Shown: piece by piece, positions 22,010-35,592 of the stretch
Layout of the letters: the number at the start of each line of letters is the position of its first letter
Numbering within the stretch: the stretch's first letter is position 1
Source of the DNA: Mustelus asterias
Lineage: Eukaryota
NCBI RefSeq assembly: GCF_964213995.1
Contig: NC_135823.1
Location: forward strand, 18,724,001 to 18,788,000
Length of the DNA: 64,000 nt
Reading direction: 5' to 3'
The notes under the pieces: model-generated
Told to the model about the DNA's origin: nothing
The model's database searches: none
What the model saw: the letters and a program-made list of their open reading frames with translations, nothing else
Program-made: the position numbers and the translations under genes

Positions 22010-25000
22010 TTGGTGATAACAGCTGAGGATTATTCAGTTTTATTGTCTGATGCTTACCCCATGCTCAATTCCAGCAGGGGTCACTGGATACTAATGACTT
22101 TCGCTCATCAGTTAGGTATGAAACAACCATTGTTAATTTACAACATACGATCTTACAGAGCCTTGCAGTTTAATGGGTGCCAGTCAGTGTCCGGAATCAA
22201 TCTGAGGCAAAAGCCCACATTGGCTAGGATGAACTCCCACCCTGGTCCTCTGGTTTCTCCTGATCCAGTGATCCCCCCCTTAAAGGGGCTGGACACCACA
22301 TCCCTTCCCCTCCAAATCCTTTGGTTCAATGATAGAAGTTAAAATATAATCCCCAATAAATTTAACATTCAACCAGTCCATCATAGACTTGGTCTCACTG
22401 GTGGTTTCTGCATTCTGACAGAGCGGCACAACTCTACCGACTTGGGTGCACCTGCTAGGCTACTTTTAACAGAAACCTCCTATCTCCTCAGGCACTGGCA
22501 ACTCGGCCTCATCCATTTCTGTGGTGACTAGAGGTTCTCCTGTCACAGGTTGACTCAGTACTCACTGCTTGGACAACCAGCAACATTTCCTGCTGGCAAT
22601 ATGGTTTCAGGCTAGCATGGGCTGCTGGGACAATTCTCATCCACGTATGTGGTCCATGTGTTTCCTGAAACTCTATTTTCTAGATTCACTTTGTAAGCTA
22701 GCGATCCTTTCCTGGCAACAGCAACTCCTGGGACCCAGCTTGGTCCGCTTCCAAAATCTCTGACGTACACTAGTTCATCTATTGCAAATGACCTTGCTGC
22801 TTTGTCTGACTTGTGGTTTTTCTTCTGACTGGCCTCTACTCTCCCCAGCAAATATACAGACATAAGACACTGGCCCATCAATAATTCCACTAGCAGCACT
22901 CATGTCGTAGAGTGCAGCATTGTCCAGTATCCCAGAAGAAATTGAGACATTCTGGTTTCTAGAGTCACGCCTGATTGCTTTTTAAGACCTGCCTTGAAGG
23001 TTTGGACTGCTCGTTCGGCCATTTCGTTGGATGCTAGTTGGTGTGGCGCATTCCTGATATTCTTTATACCATTCGTGGAGGTGAAATTCTGAAATTTCGC
23101 ACTCGTGAAGGCCATTCCGTTATCCAACATGATTACTCCAGGTATTCCACAGGATGCAAAACATTGACGCAGTTTCTAAACTGTGGCATGCAATGCCGTA
23201 GACTTCATTTCAATCACTTCCATCCTCTTGGGCATCTATCAGGAGCAAAATCATTGTGCTCAAAGGTGGCCCACATGTTAATGTGGACACACATCCATGG
23301 CTGACTAGGCCATTGCCAAGAATATAGAGGGACTGCAGCAGGCAACTTTTGTTGCAACTGGCACTGATTGCAGTGCTTCACTAACCTCTCAATGTCAGCA
23401 TCAATACCAGGCCACCAATTATAACCCATGGCAAGCATCTTCATTTTTGACACACCTGAACGGGCACTATGTAATTCAGCCAAAAGCAATTCCCTTTCTG
23501 GTACCAAGACGACTGCTCTTGCTCCCCAAAGTATGATGCCATCTTCACAACTTAATTCATCTTTCCAAATACAATACGGCTGCTTCACTTCAGACAATGG
23601 CTCGTTTGTGGACCCTGTCCATTCTATGCTTCAGTTTGGACAAAGGTGAGTTTCCGCTGGTCCAATACTTCATTTGCTGCACCAAAACTGGCAGTGTATC
23701 CAAGAAATTTAGCACCATCACAATTTCCTGCGGTGCTGGGGGTGTGCTACACTTTCAGGCAGCGATAGGTAACTCAGTGCATCCGCATTTGCTATATACG
23801 TTCTGGTGTTGTAATTTTTAATGTGGAGATGCTGGCGTTGGACTGGGATGAGCACAGTAAGAAGTCTCACAACACCAGGTTAAAGTCCAACAGGTTTATT
23901 TGGTAGCACAAGCCACAAGCTTTTGGAGCGCTGCCCCTTCATCAGGTGAGTGGGAGTTCTGTTCACAAACAGGGCATATAAAGACACAAACTCAATTTAC
24001 AAAATAATGGCTGGAATGCGAGTTCTCCAAGGCAGCCTTCACAACATGTGACAAATGCAGAATCGCTGAGCAAAAACTGGTAGCCAAGTTCGGCACACAT
24101 GAGGACGGCCTCAACCGGGATCTTGGGTTCATGTCACACTACCTGTAACCCCCACGACTTGCCGGGGCTTGCAAAATCTCACTAACTGTCCTGGCTGGAG
24201 ACAATACACATCTCTTTAACCTGTGCTTAACCCTCTACTCACATTGTCTGTACCTTTAAGACTTGATTACCTGTAAAGACTCGCATTCCAACCATTATCT
24301 TGTAAATTGAGTTTGTGTCTATATATGCCCTATTTGTGAACAGAACTCCCACTCACCTGATGAAGGGGCAGTGCTCCGAAAACTTGTGGCTTGTGCTACC
24401 AAATAAACCTGTTGGACTTTGACCTGGTGTTGTGAGACTTCTTGTTGTAATTTTTACTCATATGCTGATAAGATTAATGCCCAATACTCTATCCTTGCTG
24501 ACACAATTGGTGGAATGGCCTTGCTACCTTAAAAAGATCCAAACGTGGTCCATTACAATGATAAAATGCCTTCCATGCACACACTGGTGGAAATTCTTCA
24601 CTCCAAACGCAACAGCTAACTCTTCTTTTTCAATCTGAGAATAGCCTTTTTCAGCCTCTGAGATAGTCCTGGAGAAATATCCTTTCGGTCGTTCAGATCC
24701 ATCATCCACTTAATGAGATCAAACTGTACCAACACCATAAGGACAGGTGTCACAAGTTATCATTAATTCTCTGGATGCGTTGAAGTGCACCAATAAACAA
24801 AACAAATGTAATAACAGTTGTACTTTATTGAAAGCTTCTCTCTGAGGTTTCCTCTAGAACCAACGCAGGTGCTTCTTTAGTAACACGTGTGGAGGCCAAC
24901 AATGTCAACAAATCTGGCAGGAACCACCCATAATAATTCACCATTCCTAAGAAGGACAAGCTCAGATATGTTTCTGAGGGCCTCCTTTATTGCTCTAATC

Positions 25001-26740
25001 TTATCTTTCATGGGGTAAAACCCTTGTACATCTACCCGGTAACCCAGGGTAAGCCACTTCATTGGCCTGAAAAGTACATTTCTCCTTCTTGAGGTGAACA
25101 CCAGCCTCTCGAAATGTTCTTAGCACCTCTTCCAAGTTAGCAAGGGGCTCGGCTTCAGTTGAACCTGTTGTCAATACATCATCCAGATATTCTATTACAC
25201 ATGGCATTCCTTGTAACAAACTTTATCATATTTCAGAGAACAGTGGACAAGCTAACTGCACACTGAAAGGTGTATACTGAAGTAATCCTTTTTGTGTGTT
25301 AATTGTAACATAACTTCGGGAAGCACTGTCCAACTCAAGCTGCTGATAAGCATGGCTCACGTCTAACTTCATATAAGATTGGCGCTGCCTCTAGATCTAC
25401 ATGGATCTTCGCCTGCAGGCCTTTATAACTTTCTCAGGCTCATCGCAAAATACATCTTTGTACTTCATTATTGATTCTAGTAGGCCATCTTTTTTTAATA
25501 TGAAAAATTTCTGTCCAATTTAATTTAATTTCGTTGAGCCAGTCGTGGCCCAATAGACTCCATCCTCGGCCGCATATAACTATCAGTGGGAGTTGACCAG
25601 CTTGTAATACCCGTAATCTTGATGGCCTTTCATGTATAGGGCATCAATATACTGCTGTATTCCTTAAACCCAAAGGCTGAAGCCCATCTCACAAGTACCT
25701 GTATGTGTGTTCCCCTATTATGGTAGAGGTCGCTCTGGTGTCTACTTCCATTTTTTAATGTTTACCATTAACCTAAAGCATTACTGTGATGGGGGTTACC
25801 TTCCCGGCTTTCATGTTGTTCAGAGTGAATGAACACACCAGTCATGTGTAGGGAAATCTTCTAAACTGTATTTGCCATGTACAAATACCATGTATTTGCC
25901 TTCAGCACTGAGCAGGATTGACTTGCTCTTACACCAGTGCATCAAGTGCCCCTTCCAGTGGCATGAATAGCATTCTGCTTCCTTAAATCTACAAGCTTCT
26001 GGACAGTGATTACCCTCACACGTGTAACACACTGCTTCCATCCTTGGTATTGCATTCACCCTCCTAAATCTTCTGACTCTGTTGCTACATTTGCTTCTCA
26101 TTTAAAACTAGTGTCTTCACTTTTGGCACCACTGCTGACTGCAGTTTTCCATCCTAACTGATGACGTGCCATTTTGCACATTCTGAAGTACCTGTTCACC
26201 CTTCTCAACACTCTCCAAGACTAGCGCCATCTCCAGCACCTTTTTAAAATTGATATCTGTTCCCTTTAACAGTTTTCTCTGGATGGCCACATTGTTGAAT
26301 CAAAAATCTAAGCAATCATTCAGGATGGTCCCAAAGTCGTAGTACTCTGCAATTTGCCTTAGCTTTGTAATATAAATTGCAATGGTCTCTCCTGAGGCTC
26401 TCCCCTTGGAATTAAACTTTAAAAGCTGCAGGATGACTGAGGGCTTCGGTTGATAGTGTGCCTTCACTAAACCTACTGTTTCTGTGAATGAACTTGAATC
26501 AGGCACATTCAGGGATGTAAGGCTACAGATTAGAGTGTAGGCCTAGGTCCCATACATGCTTAAAAGGACTGCTGCCGCCGCCTTCTCCTCCCCTATTCCA
26601 CTGGCCATAAAATAATAACTAGACGTTCTATATACTGTCCAATCCTCTATGGAGGGATCAAAGGGATCTAATTGACCGAACAGAGACATTTTCCTGCAGC
26701 GTACTTCTGTTTTGCAACCTGACTTTGACCTCAACGAGTT
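22010..26740 (-). mobile_element. Decayed Ty3/Gypsy LTR retrotransposon (gag-PR-RT-RH-IN)
   Basis: Gag start MSLFGQLDPFD..EDW, tandem zinc knuckles CYTCEGNH..C..CYSCHWKGH, protease VDTRATSTI, RT YLDD, RNase H YSQIEKE.LA..FGVK.FH, integrase DNG..F...SN.MAERAVQTFK. Polypurine tract 22301-22313 abuts the 3' LTR start TGT at 22300. 5' LTR not recognisable; left boundary approximate. Confidence 0.9.
23821..24442. mobile_element. Penelope-like inverted insertion nested in Gypsy pol
   Basis: Short arm about 23860-24023 is inverted relative to about 24277-24442; GIY-YIG C-terminal remnant in the long arm; TSD tgttgtaattttta at 23807-23820 and 24443-24456; hammerhead motif at 24354-24388. Confidence 0.92.
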
Positions 26741-27089
26741 ATATACTCACAGTCTTGGGACCACTGTCAGGGGGCTGTGCCAGAGGGCAGTGCCTGGGCA
26801 TGTCTTTCTTCCCCTGGGGCCTATATTTTGCGCGCCCAAGCGAGTTCCCCTCGATAGCTTCCCATTTTGCTGAAGCTCTTATAAACATTACATCGGTGAA
26901 GGGGTGTTCCTTGCCTGGGGAGAACATATGGCGGGTAGCCCTTTAAATACATTTAAATCTCAGAATGAGACCTCGCCGCTGAGATTCACGGCTGACGGTG
27001 CCGTTTGGGCCTGGGGTTAACGCCAGCTGAAAATTCCCCAAATGTGTCTTAAACTAACCAGAATATTTTTAATCATCATCATAAATGAT

Positions 27090-27455
27090 GAAAGGTGCCA
27101 GCAACAGTGCTATATTGGCACTTACTCAGCAACAATCTGCTCATCGATGCTCAATTTGGGTTCTGCAAGAAGCACTTGATTCTACATCTCATTATTACAG
27201 CCTTGGTTCAGACATGGTCAATGAATCACAGAGGTGAGGTGAGCGTGGTTGCCCTTGACATCAAAGCAGCATTTGACCAAGTGTTGCATCAAGGAGCCCT
27301 TGCAAATTGAAGTTAATGGAAATCCAGGGGAAGATTGGAGTCATACCCGGCACAAAGGAAAATGATTATGGGTGTTAAAAGGCCACCATTTCAGGGCCAG
27401 GACATTGCTGCAGGTGTTCCTCAGAATAGGGTCCCAGGCCCAACCATCTTTGGCT
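27090..27455 (+). mobile_element. L2/Crack-like LINE RT fragment
   Basis: LLIDAQFGF..VALDIKAAFDQVLHQGAL, AGVPQNRVPGPTIF. Confidence 0.8.
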
Positions 27456-29170
27456 TTTCATCAATGTGGGCAGGGTTCTCAATGAGTACTTTGTCTCTGT
27501 CTTCACTATGGCGAGGGATAATGCAGACATTCTAGTTACAGAAGACGAGTGTGAAATATTAGATACAATAAGCATAATGAAGAAGGAGAAAGTACTTGTG
27601 GGACTGACATTCTTCATAAATCATCAGGGCCAGTTGAATTGTGTCTCAGGCTTTTAAAGGAAGCCAAGGAAAAAACAGCAGACACTCTGAGGATCATTTT
27701 CCGATCTTCACTAGATGCAGGTGAGGTACTAGAGGACTGGAGGACTGCATATATTATGCCATTATTTAAAAAGGATGCGAAGGATAGGCCAGTATATTAT
27801 AGACCGGTCAGCTTGACTTCAGTGGTGGGCAGATTATTGGAATCAATTCTGAGAGACCAATTAAACTGTCACTTGGAAAGGCATGGATTGATCAGGGATA
27901 GTTTTGTTGAGGGAAGATCATGTCTAACTAGCTTAATCAAGTATTTCAAGGAAGTAACAAGAATGATTGATGCGCGTAATGAAGTGAATGTTGTCTACAT
28001 GGATTTCAGTAGGACAACTGACAAGATCCCACATGACAGACTGGTCAGAAAAATGGGATCTCATTGGATACAGGGAAAGATGGAAAGTTGGATCCAAAGT
28101 TGGCTCAATGATGAGAAACAAAGAGTGATAGGGGATGAATGTTTTTGGGAATGGAAAAACAGTTTCCAGTGGTGTTCCACAGGCACAGGGTGTTAAGGCC
28201 CTTGCTGTTTCTTGTACATATTCATGATTTAGACTTAAATATTTGGGAAATTTGCAGATGACAATTACATTGGTTGCTAGTTGACAATGAAGAGGAAAGC
28301 TGTCAACTCCAAAATGATACCAATGGTTTGGTTGAGTGGGTGGAAAAGTGGCAAATGGAATTTAATCCAGCAAAGTGTGAGGTAATGCATTTGGGGTGGA
28401 CAAATAAAGTAAGGAAGTACTGAATAAATGGGAAGATATTGCGAGGAGTTGAGGAAATGAGAGACCATGGAATGCATGTTCACAGGTCCCTGAAGGTGGC
28501 AGGACAGGTGGATATGGTAGTAAAGTATGTGGACTGCTTTTCTTTATTAGACAAAGTATTGAATAGAAAAGTAGGGATGTAATGCTGGAATTGTATAAAA
28601 CGCTGGTTAGGCCACAGCTGGGATTTTGTGTGCAGTTCTGGTCACTACATTACAGGAAGGACATAATTGCTCTGGAGAGAGAGAGCAGAGGAGATTTACA
28701 TGAATGTTGCCAGGGCTTGAAAATTGCAGCAATGCGGAGAGATTGGACAGACTGGGGTTGTTCCTTAAAATGGAGGAGGCTGAGGGGTGACCTAGTTGAA
28801 GTTTATAATATAATGAGGGGTGTAGACAGGGTAGACAGGAAAGACTTGTTTCCCCCTAACTGAGGAGTCAGTTACCAGGGGGCACAGATTGAAGGTGATT
28901 GGTAGAAGGATTAGAGGAGACATGAGGAAAAGCTTTCTCACCCAGAGGGTGATGGGTGTCTGGAATTCACTGTCTAAGTTGCTGGTTGAGGCTGAAATGC
29001 TCAACTCATTTCAAATATACCTGGATCTGTATCTGAAATCCTGGAACCGGCAAGACCACAGACCAGGTTCTGGAAGTGAGATTACAATGAGCAGCTAGTT
29101 TTTTCTCTTGTTTGACTGTGCAGACACAGTGGGATGAGTGGCCGCTTTCTGCACCATAACTTTTTTATGA
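27456..29170 (+). mobile_element. Decayed CR1 ORF2 and 3' end
   Basis: VLNEYFVSVFT, EDWRTA..PLFKK, YRPVSLTSVVG, VYMDFS, LYKTLVRP, RRLRGDL; many stops and frameshifts. Confidence 0.9.
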
Positions 29171-29189
29171 TTCTGTGACCTCCTTGCAA

Positions 29190-29875
29190 CATAAAGTTGG
29201 AAGTGGGGATGCTGGCCAAGGGTTGCAGTGTTCAGTACCATTTGCAGCTCTTCGGGTGTTGAAGCTGTCCGTGCCTGCATGCAGCAAGATCTGGACAGCA
29301 TTCAGGCTTAGACTGATAAACGGCAAGTAACATTCATACCATACAATTGCCAGGCAATGACCATGTCCAACAAGAGAACCACTCCTTGACATTCAATGGC
29401 GTTATTGTCACTGAATACTCCAAATATCATCATCCTGGGGGTTACCATTGACCAGAAACTGAACGGGACCAGCCATATAAATAAATGCTGTGGCTGCAAG
29501 AACAGGGAATTCTGCTGTGGGTAACACACCCACTGACTCCCCACAATATGTCCAAACGAGACACAAGTCAGGAATGTCTTGGATGAGCGTGGCTGCAATA
29601 ACTCAAGAAGTTCGACACCATCCTAAACGAAGCAGCCCACATGATCAGCACCCCATCCACCACTTTAAATTCCCTCCATCATCGGCACATAGTGGCAGCA
29701 ATGTTTACTATCTACAAAGTGCAGTGCAACCACTCACCAAGACTGCTTTGACTACACCTTCCAAACCACAGCCTAAGGACAAGGACAAAAGCAGACATGT
29801 GGACACACGATCGACTGCAATTTCCCTACCAAGCCACACAGCACCCTGACTTGGAACTATTATCACCATTGCTCC
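29190..29875 (+). mobile_element. Decayed L2/Crack-like LINE 3' part
   Basis: Homologous to 18050-18740 (gcagcaagatctggacagcattcaggct; ccattgaccagaaactgaac). Confidence 0.72.
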
Positions 29876-29894
29876 ACTGTCTGTTTCATCATTA

Positions 29895-30605
29895 ACCATT
29901 GTCCACTAAGGGCTATGGGCATCTCTCTGTTCATTGCAATTCTATATGTTGCTGTTCCTCCCTCCAACAGGTTTTTGATGTTGTCCACCCATTCAGTCTT
30001 TCTCCTACCCGGCCTGTTTAGTTAATTACAACATTTAAGGCATTTGGACAGGTACGTGGATAGGAAAGGTTTAGAGGGATACGGGCCAAACGCAGGAAAA
30101 TATTCAGTTTAGGAAACCTGGTCGGTATGGACGGATTGAGCTGAAGGGCCTGTTTCCGTGCTGTATATCTCTATGACTCTGTGACTCCAGTCCTGTTATT
30201 TCATCTTCTACTGTCACCAACACCCAACCCCACCACTTCCAGTCATTGGACTTTCTCCATTGTTGCTTTTTCACTTCAGCTACAAGTCCCTGAGACTCCA
30301 ATTATCCTGCGGACAAATTAATTGGTTCTTTGCTGATTCTAAGGACCCTTTGCTGGAGCCACATTTCAAAGAGCTGTAATCCTCTTCTCATCAGTTTTAT
30401 TGAGGATTCAGCTCCAACGCCCATGCAGTGCAGTGCACCACACTAGGTATTTTGCAAGCTGCTTTTTCAGGTTCAGGCTGTTGTTGGATGCCCTCCATGG
30501 TTCATTCAGCTGTTGAGTTGTAGAATGGGCAATTGCTAGTCTTGCCTTGATTTCAATGCTGTTTTCAGTGCATCTCAACATCTTTCTGGACACCAATCCA
30601 CCCAT
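29895..30605 (-). mobile_element. RTE-clade LINE remnant with a nested CR1 3' fragment (+, about 30030-30185)
   Basis: EIKARLAIA..QLNEPWRAS..LKKQLAKYLVWCTALHG matches the RTE EI..RI..A..L..W..K..L..LVW....YG pattern. Confidence 0.7.
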
Positions 30606-30649
30606 GTTTGCTTGTTAAAATTCAGCCCAATGTTTTTAACCTTAACAAG

Positions 30650-30735
30650 ATGAGAGGTCACATAACACTAGGTTAGGGTCCAACAAGTTTATTTGAAATC
30701 ACAAGCTTTGGGAGTGCTGCTGCTTTGTCAGGTCA
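30650..30735 (-). mobile_element. Solitary decayed Penelope pLTR fragment
   Basis: aacactaggttagggtccaacaagtttatttg..cacaagctttgggagtgctgc..tcagg aligns with the pLTR at 7480-7574. Confidence 0.7.
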
Positions 30736-32885
30736 TCTAACCTCAACGATAGAGCTATATCACTATTTTGTTAGTTAATCCAAGGTTGTTTATCAGAATT
30801 GGGAGAATAGTACAAGCCCAAGGTCACAACCAGGGATAATGACTTTTCAGTTCAACATCAAAGAAAGACAAAAAGCCTCAGGGCAACTTGTACTTTTTGT
30901 TCAGTTAACAAGAGTTATGTTAAGATGAATAGACAGTGATACAGATCCAGAAGATGAAAAATGCAAACTCGGGACAAAACAAATAAAATTAATTATTAAT
31001 AAATATGAACACGCTGAGTTATGTCAAAGAGCAGGGTAATGGGACCAGTTGGATAGTTCTTACAAGGAATTAGCACAGCAGGAAAACTACAGCTCAAGGC
31101 GTCTCACCCTTGCGTTTAGTCTGTCTCTCACACACACAGACACACACACAGGATTTGTCTATATAGCTGGAAATCTCCAGCAGTCAAGGCCGTGGGAAAG
31201 ATCCAGAAAGAAGAACAGGTCTGCCTAAGGGGTAGCTTTGTAGACATTTCTAACATTAAGTCATTGATTTTTTTGAGTAATTCTTTCTTCAGGATCTAGG
31301 GGCGGGGCCGGAAAACGCAGTGAGCTGTTACAAACTCCAGCAAGACTGTAAAATCCTGCCAGTGAGGGGGGCCATAAATTTCTGCCCTTGCTGTTTTCTA
31401 GATGATATTTCTGGAAGAAATTGGCAGCTGAAAATTGTGAGAAGAATCTTTTTGAGCAAATTGATTGGTTGATTTTGTATCTTTACCAGTCATGAATGAT
31501 GATTTTAAAGCCTAATTGAGATATTTCATTGCCACCATTTTATAATTTTGACTTGTTCACAGTTCAACATTGTCTTGGTGACTTAAGTAAGTGGTCATTC
31601 GAGCTAGTCAAGATTTATTTCATCGTATGTTATGTGATTTGAAGGATAGATGCCTTTGAACTCACTCCCAGGCATAATTCTCCGAAAAGTGTGATGCTGT
31701 AGACTTAGAAACAAAGTTCGTTAATTGCATTGAGCAGTGAATCTCCCATAATGCTGAACACGGAGCGAGTATAGTTTTCAGGTGACATGGTTGGAAGGCA
31801 GGAGATAGTTGAACCAGAGCACACAGATATGATTCAGTCCCCCCGATTTAAGGTCGTGCATTATGTCCCTAGTTTTGTAGTTCCACTATAAATAACTATG
31901 TCCATACTTAAAATGGAAACTGCTCATGTGAACTTATCAGGCTGTAATTAAACTTCATAGCGTTGGTGACGTAATCGTGCTTCCGCTGAGAGGAGGGGAA
32001 ATATGGTGTGTCGCAGCCTCTGTTATGAATGTAGATGTAGGAATGTATAATGGAGAATGTTGATAATAACAGAAAATGCAGGCAGATGTGAAATATAAAT
32101 GTTATTTTCATTTTCAAAAATTCACAGAAAATGACAGCTGCACTCCTCATTTAGCTGATAATACTTTTGTAATATATTTAATTTGCTATTTCCTCCTGTG
32201 TTCCTGCTGCAAGTGCAGCATTCACATTGGGAAGTGCAGCAAAACAGCATTCCAAGTTGAACTGTATTCACTTCCTGGTACTTGTGCAGTTGGTAGTCAG
32301 TGAAGAGAAATGGGGTCACAAAGCACTGATTGTAACATTCAGAGACCCCATACCACCAGCAAGACTTCACAAGAGACTTTATTTGGCTTCCCTCCTGGCT
32401 TCAGCTTTCCAGCAGAGTAGGTCCATAAGATCGTGTCACTGAATCTGGGGACCCCAGTCCTTCCCTTGCAGCAACATGGCTTCTCTCTGGGTGACCAAAA
32501 ACAATTATCCAGCAACCTGCAGTGCATTGCTGCAATTGCCCTTTTATAGGGACTGTGCCTTTAATTAGGGGAGGTTGCCTGGACACATGCCTTCTAAGAA
32601 CTAGTCGCCAGCCCTCTGAAGTGTGCACAGAGACGAACACCAGGGTTGCACTTTGCCATGTCACCATTGAAGACCAGTTTTCTCTATTAATCCATTTGCA
32701 GCAGGCATGAGGGTAGCAGTTCACAGTAAGCTTGCACCCAAAAATCCGAGCAATTAGATTTCACGGCCTCTTTCTGCAATACAGTCAGCTGAAGCCTCTT
32801 TCATAACTACAGAAACAAACTGTTCATTCAAGCCAATTCATGTTTAATTTCTTGTCTAACAAGTGTTGTCTGTGTCTTTCCTTAG

Positions 32886-33031
32886 TTTTACTGAAGCAAT
32901 GAAGATTCAACCTAAGGTCCAAGTCCTTGACAGCGCTGCAGCATTTTACATTGGCCTTGGCCTGTTGCTATTAGGTACTATCCTTGTCCTGAGCAGCTTC
33001 TTTGCACTGGGATTCGTCGGTACATTTTTAG
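32886..33031 (+). CDS. PEMT: PEMT internal coding exon (146 bp; corresponds to human exon 4)
   Basis: Acceptor tgtctttccttAG, donor GTgaga. Translates (S)FTEAMKIQPKVQVLDSAAAFYIGLGLLLLGTILVLSSFFALGFVGTFL(G), matching the PEMT LVLSSFFALGFAGTFLG motif. Phase 2 start fits the previous exon. Confidence 0.97.
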
Positions 33032-33204
33032 GTGAGAACAATTATTGTTGATAATAGTCAAGCTAATAAGTATCTTGTACTAAATTCAGCTTCCCTGATC
33101 TAAACTTACTATTATTTTTGTGGCATGTAATCACTTGGTATATAGTCGGTATGATTTACTGTGTTGCAAGAGTTACGGTTTTCATGTTCACAGTAATAAC
33201 TTGT

Positions 33205-34140
33205 ATTCGTTAAGCTTGCTTCATTTGGCAGCACGTTTTCCTCTGTCAGAAGACAGTGGGTTCAAATCCTCTCCAGGACCTGAGCACATAATCTAGGCTG
33301 ACATTCCAGTGCTCTGGTGAGGGGCAGCTGTATTTCTGGAGGTGCTATCTTTTAGATAAGGCTGTCTAAGGGATGTTAAAAGATTAAAAGAGTGGGAAAT
33401 TCTTCTGACTTTTTGGCTAACATTCATCCCTTAATCAACAACCACAAAACAAATTAGCTTGTGTCATCTATGGTTCCATTGGTAGCACTCTTCCCTCTGA
33501 GTCACAAGGGCCAGACTCAAGTCTTATCAAAGTTAACACTCTAGCACAGTCAAGTGCTGTACTGTTAGAGGTGTACTGTTGGTTGAGATGGGGCGGCACG
33601 GCGACACAGGAGTTAGCACTGCTGCCTCACAGTGCCTGGGACCCGGGTTCAATTCCAGCCTCGGGTCACTGTCTGTGTGAAGTTTGCACATTCTCCCCGT
33701 GTCTGCGTGGGTTTCTTCCCACAATCCAAAGATGTGCAGGTTAAGTTGATTGGCCATTCTAAATTATCCCAAGTGTCAAGGGGATTAGCATGGTAAATAT
33801 GAGGGGTTACGGGAATAGGGACTGGGTGGGATTGTGGTCGGTGCAGACTTGGTGGGTCAAATGGCCTCCTTCTGCACTGTAGGGATTCTGTGACGATTCT
33901 ATGATAAACTGAGGCCCCATCTGCTTTCTTGGGTGGATGTAAAACATCCCAAGGCGTTATTTTAAAGAAGATCGGTGATTTGTCCCTGGTGTCCTGGCCA
34001 ATGTATATATATCTCTCGATCAAAATAACAAGAACAAGCTATCTAGTCTTCATCACGTTTCTGTTTTTGGGAGTTTGCTGTCGGATTTTGACTGCTACAT
34101 TACAACAATGGCAACTTCATTAGCTGTAAAACACTTTGAG
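33205..34140 (+). mobile_element. Two Deu-domain SINEs (SacSINE1/AmnSINE1-like), the second interrupted by HE1
   Basis: tRNA-like heads (gtgggttcaaatcc) and Deu-domain core aaactgaggccccatctg..ggtggatgtaaaacatccca..ggtgtcctggccaat. Confidence 0.7.
33592..33903 (+). mobile_element. Full-length HE1 V-SINE
   Basis: gggcggcacggcgacacag..ggttcaattcc..V domain..gattctatg. Confidence 0.93.
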
Positions 34141-34149
34141 ATCAAATCA

Positions 34150-35395
34150 AAGATTGGTCACAGGACAGCAGGAGGCTATTTGGCCCATTATATTCATGTC
34201 TGCAAAAGCAACTCACCTAGTCCCATTCTCTTGCCTTTTCCCTGAAGCCTTGCATTTATTTCTCTCCAGATAATTATTAAATTTCCTTTAGAAGGCTCTG
34301 ATTTAATCTTTGTCTACTACATTCTCAGACAGTACATTCCAGATCCAAACCACTTGCTGCGTAAAAATATTTTTCCTCATGTCACCATTACTTCTTTTGC
34401 CAATCACCTCAGCCTGCCTTGCTACCTTCAGTGATTTGTGCACCTATATCTCAAGTCCCTCTACTCCTGCACCCCCTTTAGAATTGTTCCCTTCATTTTC
34501 TATTACCTCTCCTTACTCTTCCTACCACAATGAGTCATTTTTCGGCATTAAATTTCATTGTCACTTGTTTGCCCTTTCCACCAGCTTGTCCATGTCCTCT
34601 TGGAAGTTTATCATTACCCTCACAGTTCACAATACTTCCAAGTTTGTGTCATCAGCAAATTTTGAAATTGTGCCTTGTAAACCCAAGTCGAGATGGTCAG
34701 TGTATGTCAAGAATATCAGGAGCTCTATCACTGACCCCTGGGGAACCCCACTTTTCCTCCAGTCTAAAAAATAACTTCACTACTGTCTGATTCCTATCAC
34801 TCAATCAACTTTGTATCCATGCTGCTGTTACCCTTTTCATTCCACGATCTCTAATTTTGCTGTCATTTGGTGCCTTCTCAAATGCTGTTTGGAGGTCCAC
34901 ATAAACCACATTACTCTCATCAACTCTCCGTAATATCATCAAATACTCAAGCAAGTTAGTTAAACACAATTTTCTCTTAAATCCATTATAACCTTCCTTA
35001 ATTTATCCCTATGTGTCCAAGTGACTCTTAATTTTGTCCCAAATGATTGGTATCAAAAGTTTTTCCACCACCGAGCTTAAGCCTACTGGCCTATCGTTGT
35101 TTGACTTATCTTTACATCCCTCTTTTGAACAAGCTTTAACATTTGCAATTCTCTAATCCTCTAGCATCATCCTTGTATCAAAGGAGGATTGGAAAATGGT
35201 GGCTAGTTCCTGCAATTTCCACCTTTGCTTCCCTCAGTACCTCAGGATGTAGCCTGTCCTAACTAATATTTCCTCTTTATCAATTTTTAGCCCATTCAGT
35301 GTCTCAGCTATCTCCTCTTTCACTATGACAGGCAGCATCTTCTTCCTTGGGAAAAACAGATGGAAAGTGCTCATTTTAGTACTTCAGCCATTCTT
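34150..35395 (-). mobile_element. Old CR1 with internal deletions
   Basis: Minus-strand GVPQGSV, FADDTNL and IFQSSF remnants plus a CR1-type 3' end. Confidence 0.8.
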
Positions 35396-35592
35396 TCAGG
35401 GATGTGAGGTTGTCGCCCACCCCTAATTGTCCTTGCTCAGCCATTTCAGAGGGCGGATAAGAGTCAACTCAATTCCCAACTCCAGTTAAAATCAAGGCTA
35501 CATGGTTGCACTGTCAGGTTTTGAATGATGCACTGGGCAGCAAGTGCCAGGTTATAGCACGAGTAGTAGTTATGCTTTCCACTAACTTATAA

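Noticed and set aside
22010-26740. Gypsy element as a domesticated or active gene
   Set aside because: Many stops and frameshifts, a Penelope insertion in pol and no recognisable 5' LTR.
32863-33051. 62-aa ORF as a standalone membrane peptide
   Set aside because: It is the PEMT exon plus intronic flanks; the splice sites and phases define the real boundaries.
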